64,000 nucleotides of DNA, taken from Psammoneis japonica (lineage: Eukaryota). Every line of letters starts with the position of its first letter. The stretch's first letter is position 1. Location of the stretch: NCBI GenBank assembly GCA_008632985.1, contig QPGO01000003.1, positions 744,001-808,000 on the forward strand, written 5' to 3'. Positions 63,164 through 64,000 of this stretch are shown one piece after another. The notes beneath the pieces were generated by a model, which worked only from the letters and a program-made list of their open reading frames with translations, was not told where the DNA came from and did not search any database. The position numbers and the translations under genes were made by a program.

Positions 63164-64000
63164 CTACAAATCACCGTTAGCAGCCGCAATTTTGACGCTT
63201 GGGTACTTCGTAGTTTCGACCGTTGTACGGCCATTCGAATCCGTTGTCTTTTTTCTGACGAAAACGGTTCCATCTTTTTCTATCCTCGTAATTTTCTCGA
63301 CAGAGTCCGATTTCTTCGACTTTTCATCGGGTTCAGTTGAAGTTGTGGATGTCACGCCTTTGGTTCCGTTAGCTTTCGATTTTTCTCCCTTGACACCAGC
63401 CTTCCTGGGTGATTGTGTCGTGCGACGAATTGTTGTAGTCTTGGTATCTGAAGATTTGTTGCCAGTCTTCATCTTGGGGGTTGGCTTAGTTGGTGATACA
63501 TGGCGGATCGTTGTTTTCTTAATGATTTTTCTGTTTGCGCTGGCAGCATGTAACGATATACTTGGTCAGAGCAGTGGTACGTAAAATCTTGTTATACAGT
63601 AATCATATATCAGCCGTCCAGACTTACGGATGCGACTCCTCGGCAAACACAGCTTCACTTTGCGCCACCGCCAAGCTGCACCGTGCTGCTTCCAAACGAC
63701 TCATTATCTCGCTGACAGCCTGGAAATGTTCGAAAGTAGCGTCTTCGTCATCAAATGCGACATTTGCATTAACAAGTTGATCATACTGTTGCTGCAACTG
63801 CCGAACCGCTTCCTCTCGCTCTTGCAAAGCACTAGAGTTAGGTGACATCGACGGAGTGCTGCCGTGACCGGAGGCCCTATTGGTCTGGGAACTGCCGTGC
63901 GCCAATTCGGTGGCAGCATCTTGAGCCTCCGCAAGTCTACTTCTCGCCATTGCCAAGCTAGTCTGGGCTTCTTCAAGTCGGTTGTTGATTTCACTGATAG
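63164..64000 (-). CDS. 3' part of a hypothetical coiled-coil / Lys-Thr-rich protein; intron ~63627-63541; runs off the window
   Basis: A GTAAGT donor and CAG acceptor join EESHP to ANRKIIKKTT..AANGDL* in frame. Confidence 0.6.

Overview
This is eukaryotic genomic DNA, most likely from a pennate diatom. The assignment rests on short GT-AG introns, a signal peptide followed by an ANAF plastid-targeting motif, and diatom-type Copia (CoDi) gag/pol relics. Compact gene islands (about 2.5-10 kb, 17.7-38.4 kb and 61.4-64 kb) alternate with transposon graveyards (1-2.2 kb, 10.4-17.5 kb and 38.8-61.3 kb). Recognisable genes: VPS50/syndetin, a coiled-coil/MORN protein, a MEKHLA-domain protein, two tandem membrane-anchored kinases, CCDC43, RPS26, a TBC1D13-like RabGAP, CHMP2/VPS2, a truncated methyltransferase and an AlkB-like dioxygenase. 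Three observations stand out. (1) A 4.44-kb RAG1/Transib-like DNA transposon (13080-17520) has both ends intact, CAC-starting TIRs, a perfect 5-bp TSD (GCATG), and RAG1-core catalytic and zinc residues at RAG1 spacing. (2) A probably plastid-targeted fusion of an LCM-type carboxyl methyltransferase with a CAO/PAO-family Rieske oxygenase would supply the chemistry needed for the 7-methoxycarbonyl group of chlorophyll c3; this function is a hypothesis. (3) Repeats show a mutational signature that removes TpA (TA>TG/CA) as well as CpG, visible directly in paired copies. Caveat: single-base frameshifts in housekeeping genes such as RPS26 suggest indel errors in the assembly, so frameshifts alone are not evidence of pseudogenisation. 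All homology calls are from motif recognition, not database searches.
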